Shown here: piece after piece, positions 9,523 through 18,422 of the stretch
Layout of the letters: each line of letters opens with the position of its first letter
Position numbering within the stretch: position 1 is the first letter of the stretch
NCBI GenBank assembly: GCA_035940535.1
Contig: DASZEU010000238.1
Coordinates: 1 to 51,264 of the forward strand
Source: Candidatus Angelobacter sp.
GTDB lineage: Bacteria > Acidobacteriota > Terriglobia > Terriglobales > Acidobacteriaceae
Reading direction: 5' to 3'
Length of the DNA stretch: 51,264 nucleotides
Program-made: the position numbers and the translations under genes
Notes under the pieces: model-generated
Told to the model about the DNA's origin: nothing
Seen by the model: only the letters and a program-made list of their open reading frames with translations
Databases searched by the model: none

Positions 9523-10185
9523 CTGATAGCTTCGGCCCCGCCCGTCCAAGTTGAAAACGTCTCTAAGATTTACGGCCGAACGGCTGCGCTTCGAGATGTA
9601 TCATTGGAATTGGATCATGGCCGGTTCTATGTTCTGCGCGGCGAAAATGGCGCTGGCAAATCGACTCTGCTGAGGATGGTAGCCGGCCTAAGCGAGCCAA
9701 CTCAGGGCCAGATTCGCATCTTTGGACTAAAGACCAGCGAGGCACGGAGTCACCTTGGCTATATGGCCCACGCACCCCTGGTCTACGATGAGTTTTCCGG
9801 TATGGAGAACCTGCGCTTCTTCGCAAAACTCTATGGCATCAATTCTGACGAGCCGTTGGCAGAGGCCCTCCGGCGTGTAGGGCTTGATCCACAGCTCACA
9901 CGCAGGGCCGGACAATATTCCCAGGGAATGCGGCAACGCTTGTCTCTAGCGCGGTCGATCTTTCATTCCCCTAAGTTGTTGTTGCTCGACGAGCCGTTTT
10001 CCAACGTTGATCCAGAATCGGCCAATCAGATTTCCAAGCTACTGGCCGCCATGCGCACTGCGGGCACGACGATTCTCCTTATCACCCATCAACTGGGATT
10101 GCTGGCCGACATAGCCGATGAGTTCCTGTTTCTCTCCGCCGGAGAGCTTGTAAGCCGCAGCGCGGCCCCCCGGGTGACCGCATGA
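9523..10185 (+). CDS. ccmA: Haem exporter ABC ATPase CcmA (start uncertain, probably non-canonical)
   Basis: Walker A GENGAGKST, signature YSQGMRQRL, Walker B LLLLDEP. The ABC N-terminal strand VQVENVSKIYGRTAALRDVSL lies upstream of the track start (TTG 9604). GAGG (9513-9516) sits 6 nt before CTG 9523. Confidence 0.8.
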   Translation: MIASAPPVQVENVSKIYGRTAALRDVSLELDHGRFYVLRGENGAGKSTLLRMVAGLSEPTQGQIRIFGLKTSEARSHLGYMAHAPLVYDEFSGMENLRFFAKLYGINSDEPLAEALRRVGLDPQLTRRAGQYSQGMRQRLSLARSIFHSPKLLLLDEPFSNVDPESANQISKLLAAMRTAGTTILLITHQLGLLADIADEFLFLSAGELVSRSAAPRVTA

Positions 10186-10198
10186 ATAGGGTGAGTGC

Positions 10199-10876
10199 AT
10201 GAGTTCGATTGCAGCCTTGACTTGGGCCAATGTCACTAAAGACCTGCGGTTGGAGTGGCGCTCGCGGGACGTGCTGAACTCCATGCTGTTTTTCGCTTTG
10301 CTGGTTGTGGTCATCTTCAGTTTTGCCTTTGATCTTTCGGCCGAAGAGGCCCGGCGCATGTCTGGGGGATTGATCTGGACCGCTTTTCTCTTTTGTACAG
10401 TGATGGCGTTGAACCAGTCGTGGGCGCGTGAACTGCGGAATGGGGTTCTGGATGCCTTCCGGGTATCTCCGGCTCCTCCAGAGGCTCTTTTTCTTGGCAA
10501 GTGTCTAGGAAATTTCCTTCTCGTGGGATTGCTTGAATGCCTTATGGCCCCGCTGTTTGTCTTGTTTTACAATCTTTCTTCGGCGGGTTCTTTGCTCCAA
10601 CTGGCGCTGGTCTTCCTGCTGGGCACATGGGCGCTGATCGTGAATGGAACATTCTTTGCCGCCATGTCGATTCGCACCCGCAACCGTGAAATGATGCTGC
10701 CGCTGGTGCTGTTCCCGATTTCGATCCCGGCGGTCCTGAGCATGGTCAATGCTACCGTGGGAATCTTGACCGGCGAATTTTCCGCGAGCGGCCCGATTAA
10801 GCTGCTGGCGATCTATTGCGTGGTGTTTACCACGGTTTGTTTCGTACTATTTGAAACGGTGTTAAACGCAGAATGA
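10199..10876 (+). CDS. ccmB: Haem exporter permease CcmB
   Basis: Six-TM CcmB-like pattern. Position between ccmA and ccmC. 4-nt overlap with ccmC. Confidence 0.9.
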   Translation: MSSIAALTWANVTKDLRLEWRSRDVLNSMLFFALLVVVIFSFAFDLSAEEARRMSGGLIWTAFLFCTVMALNQSWARELRNGVLDAFRVSPAPPEALFLGKCLGNFLLVGLLECLMAPLFVLFYNLSSAGSLLQLALVFLLGTWALIVNGTFFAAMSIRTRNREMMLPLVLFPISIPAVLSMVNATVGILTGEFSASGPIKLLAIYCVVFTTVCFVLFETVLNAE

Positions 10877-11742
10877 AATCAAAACTTTTTCCCTTCTTTA
10901 CCGGCTTGGTGGTGATGTTGCTGGCTTACGGCGCATACCAGGCTCTGTTTGCTGCGCCAACCGAAGAAACGATGGGCGATGTGCAGCGCATCTTCTACTA
11001 CCACGTCCCTTCAGCGTGGACGGCCATGATTCTTTTTCTGGTAAATTTTTGCGCCTCGGCCGTTTACTTTTTCACACGTAGTCCCAAGGCGGATGCCTGG
11101 GCACTTACAGCCGCCGAGGTTGGAGTCGTCTTTTGCACCGTCGTCCTGGTAACCGGTCCCATCTGGGCGCGGCCGGTATGGGGCATCTGGTGGACCTGGG
11201 ATTTGCGCCTGACGACTACGCTCATCATGTGGCTCCTCTATGTGAGTTACCTGTTGCTGCGCCGCTCGTCTGAGCCGGGCTCGTCCTCGACGCTGGCTAC
11301 GGTCTTTGCGCTGAGCGCTGCAGTTGACATACCTATCGTGTGGATGGCGATCCGCTGGTATAGCGTTCATACGCAGCATCCCCAGCCGGTGTTTGGAAAC
11401 GGCCCGAACACAGGTCTTGATCCGCAGATGAAAATTGCCTTGTTTGCCAATTGGTTCGCTTTTATGGCCTTTGCCGCTTTGATCTTTTGGGTCCGCTATT
11501 CGGTGGAGCGCACCACGCAGTCCGTGGCCAGGGCGTATGTGCAAAAGGCGTCGCAGCGAACAGCCGCAGTGCTGGGTATGTCCACTCTTTTCCTCTTTCA
11601 GTCGGGCCGTACTCCTGACTCACGTCATGTTTTTCTGATCAGCGCCTACGCCATTACCTGGATCATTCACATCACTTATTTTGTGATTATTGGCCGCAAG
11701 ATCGCGCGATTAAAAGCGGAACAGGCGGAGCTGAAACTGTAG
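10873..11742 (+). CDS. ccmC: Haem exporter/haem lyase subunit CcmC with fused CcmD-like C-terminus
   Basis: WWD motif WGIWWTWDLRLT and conserved His contexts. The extra ~45-aa tail HVFLISAYAITWIIHITYFVIIGRKIARLKAEQAEL matches the CcmD pattern. Confidence 0.9.
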   Translation: MKSKLFPFFTGLVVMLLAYGAYQALFAAPTEETMGDVQRIFYYHVPSAWTAMILFLVNFCASAVYFFTRSPKADAWALTAAEVGVVFCTVVLVTGPIWARPVWGIWWTWDLRLTTTLIMWLLYVSYLLLRRSSEPGSSSTLATVFALSAAVDIPIVWMAIRWYSVHTQHPQPVFGNGPNTGLDPQMKIALFANWFAFMAFAALIFWVRYSVERTTQSVARAYVQKASQRTAAVLGMSTLFLFQSGRTPDSRHVFLISAYAITWIIHITYFVIIGRKIARLKAEQAELKL

Positions 11743-11753
11743 CTTTAAGAATG

Positions 11754-12863
11754 TCACTGCAATGAAGCGCTGGCAACTTTTGACGCCAACTCCAGGCGGT
11801 CAATAACCCCTTCCAGGTTGCCATCGCGCACGATGACAACGAATGGCAAACGCCGTCGTATGATCTCGGCATTCAGCAGAGGCCTGTGCTCTGATCCGAA
11901 TTGCTCCAAAATCTCGCCTTGCTGCCTGATTCCCAACTCGCGCAGGATTGGGGGAGTAAGGACCTGTATCACATCAGATTCCTTTTGAGCGGCGAAAACT
12001 GACAGCACGGCAGGTCGGTAGTTGCTTATCATAAGACTGATATTGTTCCCATAGCCGATCGACGCTTGCCGGCATTGCAGATATGCCAGCTCAAGTTTTG
12101 GCTCGGCTTTGGTAAGAGCGCGGTGAATTTCGGCAGGCGACGCCACGGTTAGCACTCGGCCACCTGGATCAAGCAATACGAACTGACGGATCTCTGTAAA
12201 ATCCGACGCTAACGCTGCCACAAGATGCAGCCTGGTATTCCACCACGGAGTTGGGCCAAGACGTATGGCGACGAATTCAGCCGAGGCCAGATCCTGAAGT
12301 TGCTGCTGGATATTTGGAAGGAACGATGGTCCGAGGTCCGGTGCAGACTTGATTTGCTCAATGGCAGCCATGGTCGCAACCGGCTTTGTCGATTGATGCT
12401 GAATCACTGAGATCAAGACCTGCTTGGCGAGGTCGTCAGGAGTTTTAAAGAATGCCACCCAGCGTTCTGCCTTCAAGCGGTCCCGCAAGTCATGAATGCG
12501 TTTACCATCGTTTTGCTGCTGCTCGGCATCGCGCTGAGAATCCGGCCAAGGAAAGTCCTCAGCTAACATGAAGATCAGACGTGGCCTTTTCGCGTGTCCT
12601 GCAGCTAGATACTCGAGTTCGGTAATGGATTTTCCTTCCGGGTTGTCTTCAGCAGGAACGTAACCAAACTTCCAGGCTAATATGCCGACGTAAATATCGC
12701 ATGCTGCTGCGTCCGCTTCGCAAGCAGCCCTGGGCCGATCGTCGCGTGCAGGATATTTCTCCATGGCATCGACGTTGTAGTTACATTTGCGCAACGAATC
12801 AGCCACTGCACGCCGATAATCCTTGAGGTCTTCGTAGGTGGACGAGATATAGATAGTGGTCAT
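11754..12863 (-). CDS. DUF4062 (NDT/TIR-like) N-terminal domain + CBS-pair-like C-terminal region
   Basis: N-terminus IYISSTYEDLKDYRRAV...CDIYVGILAWKFGYV...SITELEYLAA..PRLIFM is the DUF4062 pattern. The C-terminal half holds two CBS-like stretches (IRQFVLLDPGGRVLTVASPAEIHRAL; LPFVVIVRDGNLEGVIDRLELASKV). Confidence 0.7.
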   Translation of the reverse strand: MTTIYISSTYEDLKDYRRAVADSLRKCNYNVDAMEKYPARDDRPRAACEADAAACDIYVGILAWKFGYVPAEDNPEGKSITELEYLAAGHAKRPRLIFMLAEDFPWPDSQRDAEQQQNDGKRIHDLRDRLKAERWVAFFKTPDDLAKQVLISVIQHQSTKPVATMAAIEQIKSAPDLGPSFLPNIQQQLQDLASAEFVAIRLGPTPWWNTRLHLVAALASDFTEIRQFVLLDPGGRVLTVASPAEIHRALTKAEPKLELAYLQCRQASIGYGNNISLMISNYRPAVLSVFAAQKESDVIQVLTPPILRELGIRQQGEILEQFGSEHRPLLNAEIIRRRLPFVVIVRDGNLEGVIDRLELASKVASASLQ

Positions 12864-12942
12864 TTATGCCAAGTGGTAAAAGCTACCAAATCGGGACAGT
12901 TTGGCCAAGACAGTCAAAAGCTGGGCCTTAGCTGTCGACCAA

Positions 12943-13227
12943 TTAGCGGTAAATCTCGCGCCGGTGACCAATCGTGAGGACTAGCACAATCAATTTCGTG
13001 TCCTGGATGTCAGCAATAATACGGTAATCGCCAACACGATACTTCCAGAAATTGCCGAATTGCTCTCCTCTAAGGGCAGATCCAATTGACCGTGGATTGT
13101 CTAAAGAAGCTACTCTTTGAGTAAGGAAAGCAAGTATCCGGTGCTGAATCTGTCTATCGAGATTTTTTAGCTGCTTTGATGCGCTTGCGGACAGCTCGAC
13201 CTGCCAGCTCTTTTTTGTCGAAACCAA
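12943..13227 (-). CDS. relE: RelE/ParE-family type II toxin
   Basis: SWQVELSASASKQLKNLDRQIQHRI...YRVGDYRIIADIQDTKLIVLVLTIGHRREIY. TTG start. Confidence 0.9.
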   Translation of the reverse strand: MVSTKKSWQVELSASASKQLKNLDRQIQHRILAFLTQRVASLDNPRSIGSALRGEQFGNFWKYRVGDYRIIADIQDTKLIVLVLTIGHRREIYR

Positions 13228-13435
13228 GGTCTTGAATCACCTCGTCAAGAGTATAGGTTCGCTCTTCAGCATTGCCGATGCGCTCTTTAACATGGTGGGC
13301 CAAATATAGGTCTTCCATGTCGTTAATGTGCTGCAAGACGGCTTCACGAACATAGAACGTCTTGGTCCGACCTGTCTTCTCGGCCAAGGCATTAAGTCGT
13401 TTTTCAATGGATTCGGGCAACCGAACAGCCAACAT
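13154..13435 (-). CDS. Ribbon-helix-helix (CopG/RelB-type) antitoxin
   Basis: MLAVRLPESIEKRLNALAEKTGRTKTFYVREAVLQHI is the RHH pattern. SD ggag lies upstream of ATG 13435. The track's 248-aa ORF is an artefactual upstream extension. Confidence 0.85.
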   Translation of the reverse strand: MLAVRLPESIEKRLNALAEKTGRTKTFYVREAVLQHINDMEDLYLAHHVKERIGNAEERTYTLDEVIQDLGFDKKELAGRAVRKRIKAAKKSR

Positions 13436-13446
13436 AACAATCTCCA

Positions 13447-13460
13447 CTATACAAGTATAG
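13447..13460. promoter_or_regulatory. Candidate relBE operator palindrome
   Basis: ctatac-aa-gtatag, a perfect 6-bp inverted repeat 12 nt upstream of the antitoxin ATG. Confidence 0.4.
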
Positions 13461-13564
13461 CAGATGCCTGCGCGAGTACCTTGACCACAATAAAAATGGT
13501 TGGCTGGCTTTGAATGCGAGTTGCACATTTGAAAGACAGAGCGGAAGCATTTATCTTCTACCGC

Positions 13565-14344
13565 ATGCAAATTCAAGGCAAAGTTGTGATTGTAACTGGT
13601 GGTTCCAATGGAATTGGCCGGGCCCTGTCCAAGGCTTTCGCAGCCCAGGGAGCGCGGGCCGTGGTGATCGCCGACCAGGACGAAAAGAGCGGCCAGCAAG
13701 TGGCCCAAGAGATCAAGGCGACCTTTCTGGCAACCGACGTCTCTAAGGAGGCTGATGTTCAGCGGCTGGTTGAAAACACAACCAAGCAGTTTGGCCAGGT
13801 GGATATATTTTGCTCCAATGCCGGCATTGGCGTTGATGGCGGGCCTGAAGCCCCCAATTCTGAATGGCAGCGGATATGGGAGATCAACGTGATCGCCCAC
13901 GTCTATGCTGCCCGCGCCGTGCTGCCCCAGATGCTGGCCCGCAAAGAAGGCTACCTGGTGCAGACGGTTTCAGCCGCCGGACTGCTTTCCCAAATCGGGT
14001 CAGCCCCCTATTCGGTCACCAAGCACGCGGCTCAGAGTTTTGCCGAATGGCTGGCGATTACTTATGGCGACCAAGGCATCCGTGTCTCGGCGCTTTGTCC
14101 TCAAGGGGTGCGCACCAACATGCTGCTGAAGGCCGAGTTTGGTGGAGGAGCGTTCCTCATGGAAGGCGCATTGGAACCTGACCAAGTAGCGGCAGAGGTC
14201 ATGAAGGCCATTGGAGAGGAAAAGTTCTTGATCCTTCCGCACCCCGAGGTGGCCAGATATTTCCAGAACCGAGCCAATGACCACGAACGCTGGCTGCGCG
14301 GCATGAGAAAGCTGCAAGCCAAGATGGCGCCGTTGAAGAAGTAG
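13565..14344 (+). CDS. Short-chain dehydrogenase/reductase (SDR)
   Basis: TGGSNGIG cofactor motif right after ATG 13565. YxxxK (YSVTKHA). NAG motif. Confidence 0.9.
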   Translation: MQIQGKVVIVTGGSNGIGRALSKAFAAQGARAVVIADQDEKSGQQVAQEIKATFLATDVSKEADVQRLVENTTKQFGQVDIFCSNAGIGVDGGPEAPNSEWQRIWEINVIAHVYAARAVLPQMLARKEGYLVQTVSAAGLLSQIGSAPYSVTKHAAQSFAEWLAITYGDQGIRVSALCPQGVRTNMLLKAEFGGGAFLMEGALEPDQVAAEVMKAIGEEKFLILPHPEVARYFQNRANDHERWLRGMRKLQAKMAPLKK

Positions 14345-14347
14345 CAT

Positions 14348-15157
14348 TTATTTTTGGCATTTTGGGCAATAGTGGGTACCTCTTCCTGCTACTACGATTT
14401 TCTTGATGTGGGTTTTACAAACCAGGCAGGGTTCGCCGCCGCGCCCGTAGGCGCGGTGCTGGAGTTGGAAGAAGCCTTCTTGGCCTTCGGCATCTACGTA
14501 GTCCGAAATGGACGAGCCTCCAGCGGCGATGGCCTCCTTCAGTACTTCCTGAAGAGCGGCATGGAGTCTGGTTGCTTCCTGCCGGGTCAAAGAACCAGCG
14601 CGTCGTCGCGGACGGATGCCGGCGCGGAACAGGCTTTCATCAGCATAGATGTTTCCTACACCGTGCAGCAGTTTCTGGTTCAGCAACGCTCCCTTGATGG
14701 GGGCCTTGCGTGCCTTGAACAGTTGAATAAACTCTAGAAGGCTGACCAGCAGCGGCTCGGTTCCGGGACCGGCAAAGCCGGTTTGCTGTACTTCGAGGCG
14801 GCCGAATCGCCGAGGATCGACAAACCTCAATTCTCTTCCCGATTTCAACCGGGCTACGAGGTGCGTGTGATTGGCCATTTCGGTTTCCGGGGCAGCCACC
14901 AACATGCGCCCTGTCATCCCCAGGTGTACGATCCATTGGTTTTTTGCGCCGTTAGGGCCAGAAAGATCAAAGACGATATGCTTTCCAACTCGGCGTACCT
15001 GATCCACTCGCGCGCCTTCCAGTACCGCAGCGATGGTGGCGGCTGGTGATTTCAATGGCTCCCGCTTCTTGCCAATCCACACCGACTCAATGCGGTCTCC
15101 TGCAACCCTCTTGTGCAGGCCGCGTGCAATGGTTTCGACTTCTGGTAGTTCTGGCAT
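14348..15157 (-). CDS. mutM: Formamidopyrimidine-DNA glycosylase
   Basis: N-terminal MPELPEVE. H2TH region. C-terminal zinc finger CLVC...CPKCQ. Confidence 0.95.
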   Translation of the reverse strand: MPELPEVETIARGLHKRVAGDRIESVWIGKKREPLKSPAATIAAVLEGARVDQVRRVGKHIVFDLSGPNGAKNQWIVHLGMTGRMLVAAPETEMANHTHLVARLKSGRELRFVDPRRFGRLEVQQTGFAGPGTEPLLVSLLEFIQLFKARKAPIKGALLNQKLLHGVGNIYADESLFRAGIRPRRRAGSLTRQEATRLHAALQEVLKEAIAAGGSSISDYVDAEGQEGFFQLQHRAYGRGGEPCLVCKTHIKKIVVAGRGTHYCPKCQK

Positions 15158-15480
15158 TCTGTCAAAATCCTTTCGCTTATGCTCGAAGTCATTTCGACGT
15201 GGCGATTGATTGTTTTACCGCGATCAAGGCGTTTTTGAATGCTTCGGGATCATTTGCAGAGACCAAGATACGGTCGAAGCTTCTGGATTTCGAAAACATT
15301 CTTTGGACCGATAATCGCAACGAGCAGGGCTGCGAGGCAGATGAAATCGGTGAGGCGGCGCGTGGTACTCACATTTCATTCTACTCTGGGCAGCAGCAGT
15401 TTCCCCCTGCAAATATTTCGCATCCAACTCTATGATCTGCAAAACATCGCAATTGAGGAGTCCAAAAAGGGGGAAGATCA

Positions 15481-15789
15481 ATGCGTCTGATCGATAATCT
15501 GCGCAATGCTGAGCAGAAAGGCGTGCGAACCGTGCGTCGGGGCATGGAACGCGTCCGTGAGGAATGGGGGGACATAGAGCGGCGGATCCGGCAACGGATG
15601 CGCATCTATCCCCAAAAACTAAAGAATGTTGCAGCTTCCCGCTCGGAGCACGAGCAAGAAGCGGACATCATGGACCAGGGAATCCCATCAGGCATAGGCG
15701 AAGCAGCAGAATTGGAATCGAAGAAGCCGATCGTCTCTGTGCACGGGCGGGACATCCGCGATGAAGATCTTGATAAGTCCGCAGCGTGA
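15481..15789 (+). CDS. Hypothetical charged protein
   Basis: 102-aa ORF with SD-like gggggaag 5 nt upstream. No recognisable domain. Confidence 0.45.
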   Translation: MRLIDNLRNAEQKGVRTVRRGMERVREEWGDIERRIRQRMRIYPQKLKNVAASRSEHEQEADIMDQGIPSGIGEAAELESKKPIVSVHGRDIRDEDLDKSAA

Positions 15790-15794
15790 AGAAG

Positions 15795-15845
15795 CACTCA
15801 GCAGTCAGCACTCGGCATTCAGCCCGCTTGCATTTTGGGCTGAAG
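15795..15845. repeat. TCAGC-type short repeats with hairpin
   Basis: tcagc at 15798, 15805 and 15819. Hairpin tcagccc (15819-15825) / gggctga (15837-15843). A similar string (ttagcattcagcaggtcagcacagc) lies at 21788-21815. Confidence 0.35.
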
Positions 15846-15941
15846 GGTCACAGGGTTCTGGGCATGGTTAGTTAAGTGATGCCTTGCACAACTTGTTTTT
15901 GAAACACACTCCAATGAGCCGGTGATCGAAGTGATTGTCGG

Positions 15942-16340
15942 CTATTTCCTTTTTGCCGAATTTGTAATGACCGATTTGCGTATCGGGATGATTGCGCCCT
16001 GGCTGGGATCGGCCTGCGCATGGCTGGCGCGCGTGGCAATTTCCTGGTGAACGAAACGCACAAACTCTTGCATCTGGCGGTTCATCTCTTCCATGCGCTC
16101 CCGCATTTGCAGAATGATGGCCATACCGGCAATATTCACGCCCAGATCACGGGCGAGAGAAAGTATGAATTCCAGCCGCTGCAAATCTTCTTCGGTATAA
16201 AGGCGGGTGTTACCTTCCGTCCGGGAAGGCTTGAGCAAGCCCTCACGCTCGTAAAGCCGTAGCGTCTGCGGATGAATGCCGTACATCTCCGCCACGGAGG
16301 AGATCATGTATGCGCCTTTGGATTTACGCTTTGCCGTCAT
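15942..16340 (-). CDS. hspR: MerR-family heat-shock repressor HspR
   Basis: MerR HTH (YMISSVAEMYGIHPQTLRLYEREGLLKPSRTEGNTRLYTEEDL). Last gene of the dnaJ string. Confidence 0.9.
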   Translation of the reverse strand: MTAKRKSKGAYMISSVAEMYGIHPQTLRLYEREGLLKPSRTEGNTRLYTEEDLQRLEFILSLARDLGVNIAGMAIILQMRERMEEMNRQMQEFVRFVHQEIATRASHAQADPSQGAIIPIRKSVITNSAKRK

Positions 16341-16343
16341 GTT

Positions 16344-16844
16344 TCACGCTCTGTGTTTTGCATAAATGCAGTGGTCATAGTTGCGCCAAAAAATCACCCT
16401 TTCGCAGACTAAGCCGTTCTTCTCGGCCACCCGTCGCGAGCTTAGGTTTTCCGGCCTTATCATGGAAATAACCCGCGGCGCTCCTAACTGACCGAAGGCA
16501 TAATCCATGCACGCTCGAGCCGCTTCAGTCGCAAAGCCATTGCCCCAGAGATTGCGCCGGACATGGTAACCGATCTCTACCTGGTCTCTTTCTTCGACCA
16601 GTTGCACAAGGCAACCGCAATCCCCGATGACTTCACCAGAGCCTTTCAGAACCAGGGCATGCAGCCCGCAGCCATCTTTTTCATAACGCGCCAGGCTCTT
16701 CTTGATCCAGACCTCAACTCCTTCGCGCGTCAAAGGCGCTGGATAAAACTGCATCGCCACCGGATCGCCTAGAACAGCCTCCAGAGCATCTACATCGTCC
16801 AGCGTAAAAGGGCGCAGGAGCAATCGATGGGTCTCCAGGATCAC
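16344..16844 (-). CDS. GNAT-family N-acetyltransferase (RimJ/RimL-like)
   Basis: ETHRLLLRPFTLDDVDAL...GNGFATEA pattern. GTG start. Confidence 0.9.
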   Translation of the reverse strand: MILETHRLLLRPFTLDDVDALEAVLGDPVAMQFYPAPLTREGVEVWIKKSLARYEKDGCGLHALVLKGSGEVIGDCGCLVQLVEERDQVEIGYHVRRNLWGNGFATEAARACMDYAFGQLGAPRVISMIRPENLSSRRVAEKNGLVCERVIFWRNYDHCIYAKHRA

Positions 16845-16864
16845 CCTTTTATGCCCTCATACCT

Positions 16865-18085
16865 TCATACCTTGGCCCACAGTTCCCTTCGCGGGTCTTC
16901 GGGATTCAGTTTTTGCAATTCCTGCCAGAGTTCGCGGGCTTTCAGGTCGCGTGCCTCCGGAACCACAATCTTGACCTCAACGATCTGGTCGCCGCGCAGG
17001 TCTTCACGCAGCGCGGAGGGCACACCTTTTTCCCGCAGCCGCAGTTTTTGTCCACTTTGCGTTCCTGGAGGAACCTTGAGTTGTGATCGCCCATCGATAG
17101 TGGGAACCTCGATCTTCGCCCCCAATGCTGCTTCCATGGCGGAAACAGGGGCTGTCACATAAATATCATCGCCCTCGCGGCGGAAAATCGGATGCTCACC
17201 GGTGCGAATGGTAATGTAAAGATCGCCTGGGGGGCCGCCATGCATTCCGGCATTGCCTTTACCAGCCAGACGGATTCGCTGCCCATCCCGTGTTCCCGGT
17301 TTAATGCGGACTTCCAAGGGAGTCGTGTGGTTCACCACGCCTGCGCCCCGGCAAACGGGGCACCTATCCTGCGCTTTCCCAGTTCCCTGGCAATCGGGGC
17401 ACTCGCCATTGAATTTCATCCGGCCGCTGGTCTGGGTTACCTGACCGCTACCTCCGCAACGCGGGCAGGTACCCGGCTTGCCGACCAGTCCTGTGCCGCC
17501 ACAATTGGCGCAAGTGTCCTGGCGGGCGATCTCGATACGCATTACGGTGCCCCGAATGGCGTCCCAGAAGCCTACATTGACTTGGTATTCGAGATCAGAG
17601 CCGGGTTCGGGCTCAGTGCTGGTGGCCGTTCCCCCTCGATTGCCAAAGATGCTGGAGAAGATGTCATGGAACCCTCCTCCGCCACTCTTTCGACCACCTG
17701 TGCCGCTGGTGAAATCGTTGAAATCGAATCCGCTGAAATCAAAGGGCGCACCCTGTTTTGGTCCGGCGCTTCCAGAACCAGGACCTGCGCCGAAACCGCC
17801 TGCTCCGAACCCATCGCCGCGCGCGTATGCTTCAGCCGCCGCCGGATCGATATTGTCAGAATAAAAGCCGAGCTGGTCGTAAATCTTGCGTTTCTTGGGA
17901 TCACTCAGGACGTCGTTGGCCTCAGAGATCTCTTTGAACTTTTCCTCGGACTTTTTGTCGTTAGGATTGACATCAGGATGGTATTTTCTGGCGAGCTTGC
18001 GAAAAGCCTTGCGGATATCGTCCTGAGAGGCGTTTTTCTTCACGCCCAGGAGGCCGTAATAATCTTTCTGTTGTGTAGTCGCCAT
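16865..18085 (-). CDS. dnaJ: Chaperone DnaJ
   Basis: J domain with HPD (KYHPDVNP). G/F-rich linker. Four CxxCxGxG zinc-finger repeats. Confidence 0.97.
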   Translation of the reverse strand: MATTQQKDYYGLLGVKKNASQDDIRKAFRKLARKYHPDVNPNDKKSEEKFKEISEANDVLSDPKKRKIYDQLGFYSDNIDPAAAEAYARGDGFGAGGFGAGPGSGSAGPKQGAPFDFSGFDFNDFTSGTGGRKSGGGGFHDIFSSIFGNRGGTATSTEPEPGSDLEYQVNVGFWDAIRGTVMRIEIARQDTCANCGGTGLVGKPGTCPRCGGSGQVTQTSGRMKFNGECPDCQGTGKAQDRCPVCRGAGVVNHTTPLEVRIKPGTRDGQRIRLAGKGNAGMHGGPPGDLYITIRTGEHPIFRREGDDIYVTAPVSAMEAALGAKIEVPTIDGRSQLKVPPGTQSGQKLRLREKGVPSALREDLRGDQIVEVKIVVPEARDLKARELWQELQKLNPEDPRRELWAKV

Positions 18086-18208
18086 AAAACTGTTGCCGGG
18101 GTTCCTTCACTTCGCTCAGGATTTCGCCTGCTGGCTCCACCCCTTCGATGACTCAGGGTCACGCCAGCATAACGGCTCAACTTTCTGTTGTGTAATCGCC
18201 ATAAAACT
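18064..18208. repeat. 28-bp direct duplication of the dnaJ 5' end flanking an 89-bp insert
   Basis: ctttctgttgtgtaGtcgccataaaact (18064-18091) versus ctttctgttgtgtaAtcgccataaaact (18181-18208), 27/28 identical. Both copies contain the ATGGCGA start context on the minus strand. Confidence 0.75.
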
Positions 18209-18422
18209 TCGAAAATCGGTTTTTAAATGCACTTCGATCTAAAAACCTCCGGGGCTTCTGCCTTGGTCCATCCTACCCAGGCCTTACGGCCTGGGCCAAA
18301 CTATTCCGCGCCTCCGGCGCTGGACCTTGGCAAGCCAGTTTTCATGCACAATTCCCACCGCAACTAGGGTTTACTGCCTCTTCGAAACCATCTCAGGTTC
18401 ACCTCAGGTCATGACCCAACGC

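Noticed and set aside
13436-13900. Upstream two-thirds of the 248-aa minus-strand ORF 13154-13900
   Set aside because: Only the last 93 codons, from ATG 13435 with an SD, show the RHH antitoxin pattern. The remainder overlaps the plus-strand SDR gene antisense.
15158-15480. ORFs in the 320-bp mutM/hypothetical divergent gap (15046-15435 plus, 15224-15481 minus, 15239-15490 plus)
   Set aside because: They mutually overlap, have no ribosome-binding sites or recognisable motifs, and lie in lower-G+C sequence. One is only a read-through of the mutM antisense frame. The region is left unannotated.
17192-18151. 319-aa plus-strand ORF
   Set aside because: It is entirely antisense to dnaJ, whose J domain, G/F linker and zinc-finger motifs are unambiguous. 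Its composition is typical of a GC-rich shadow frame.
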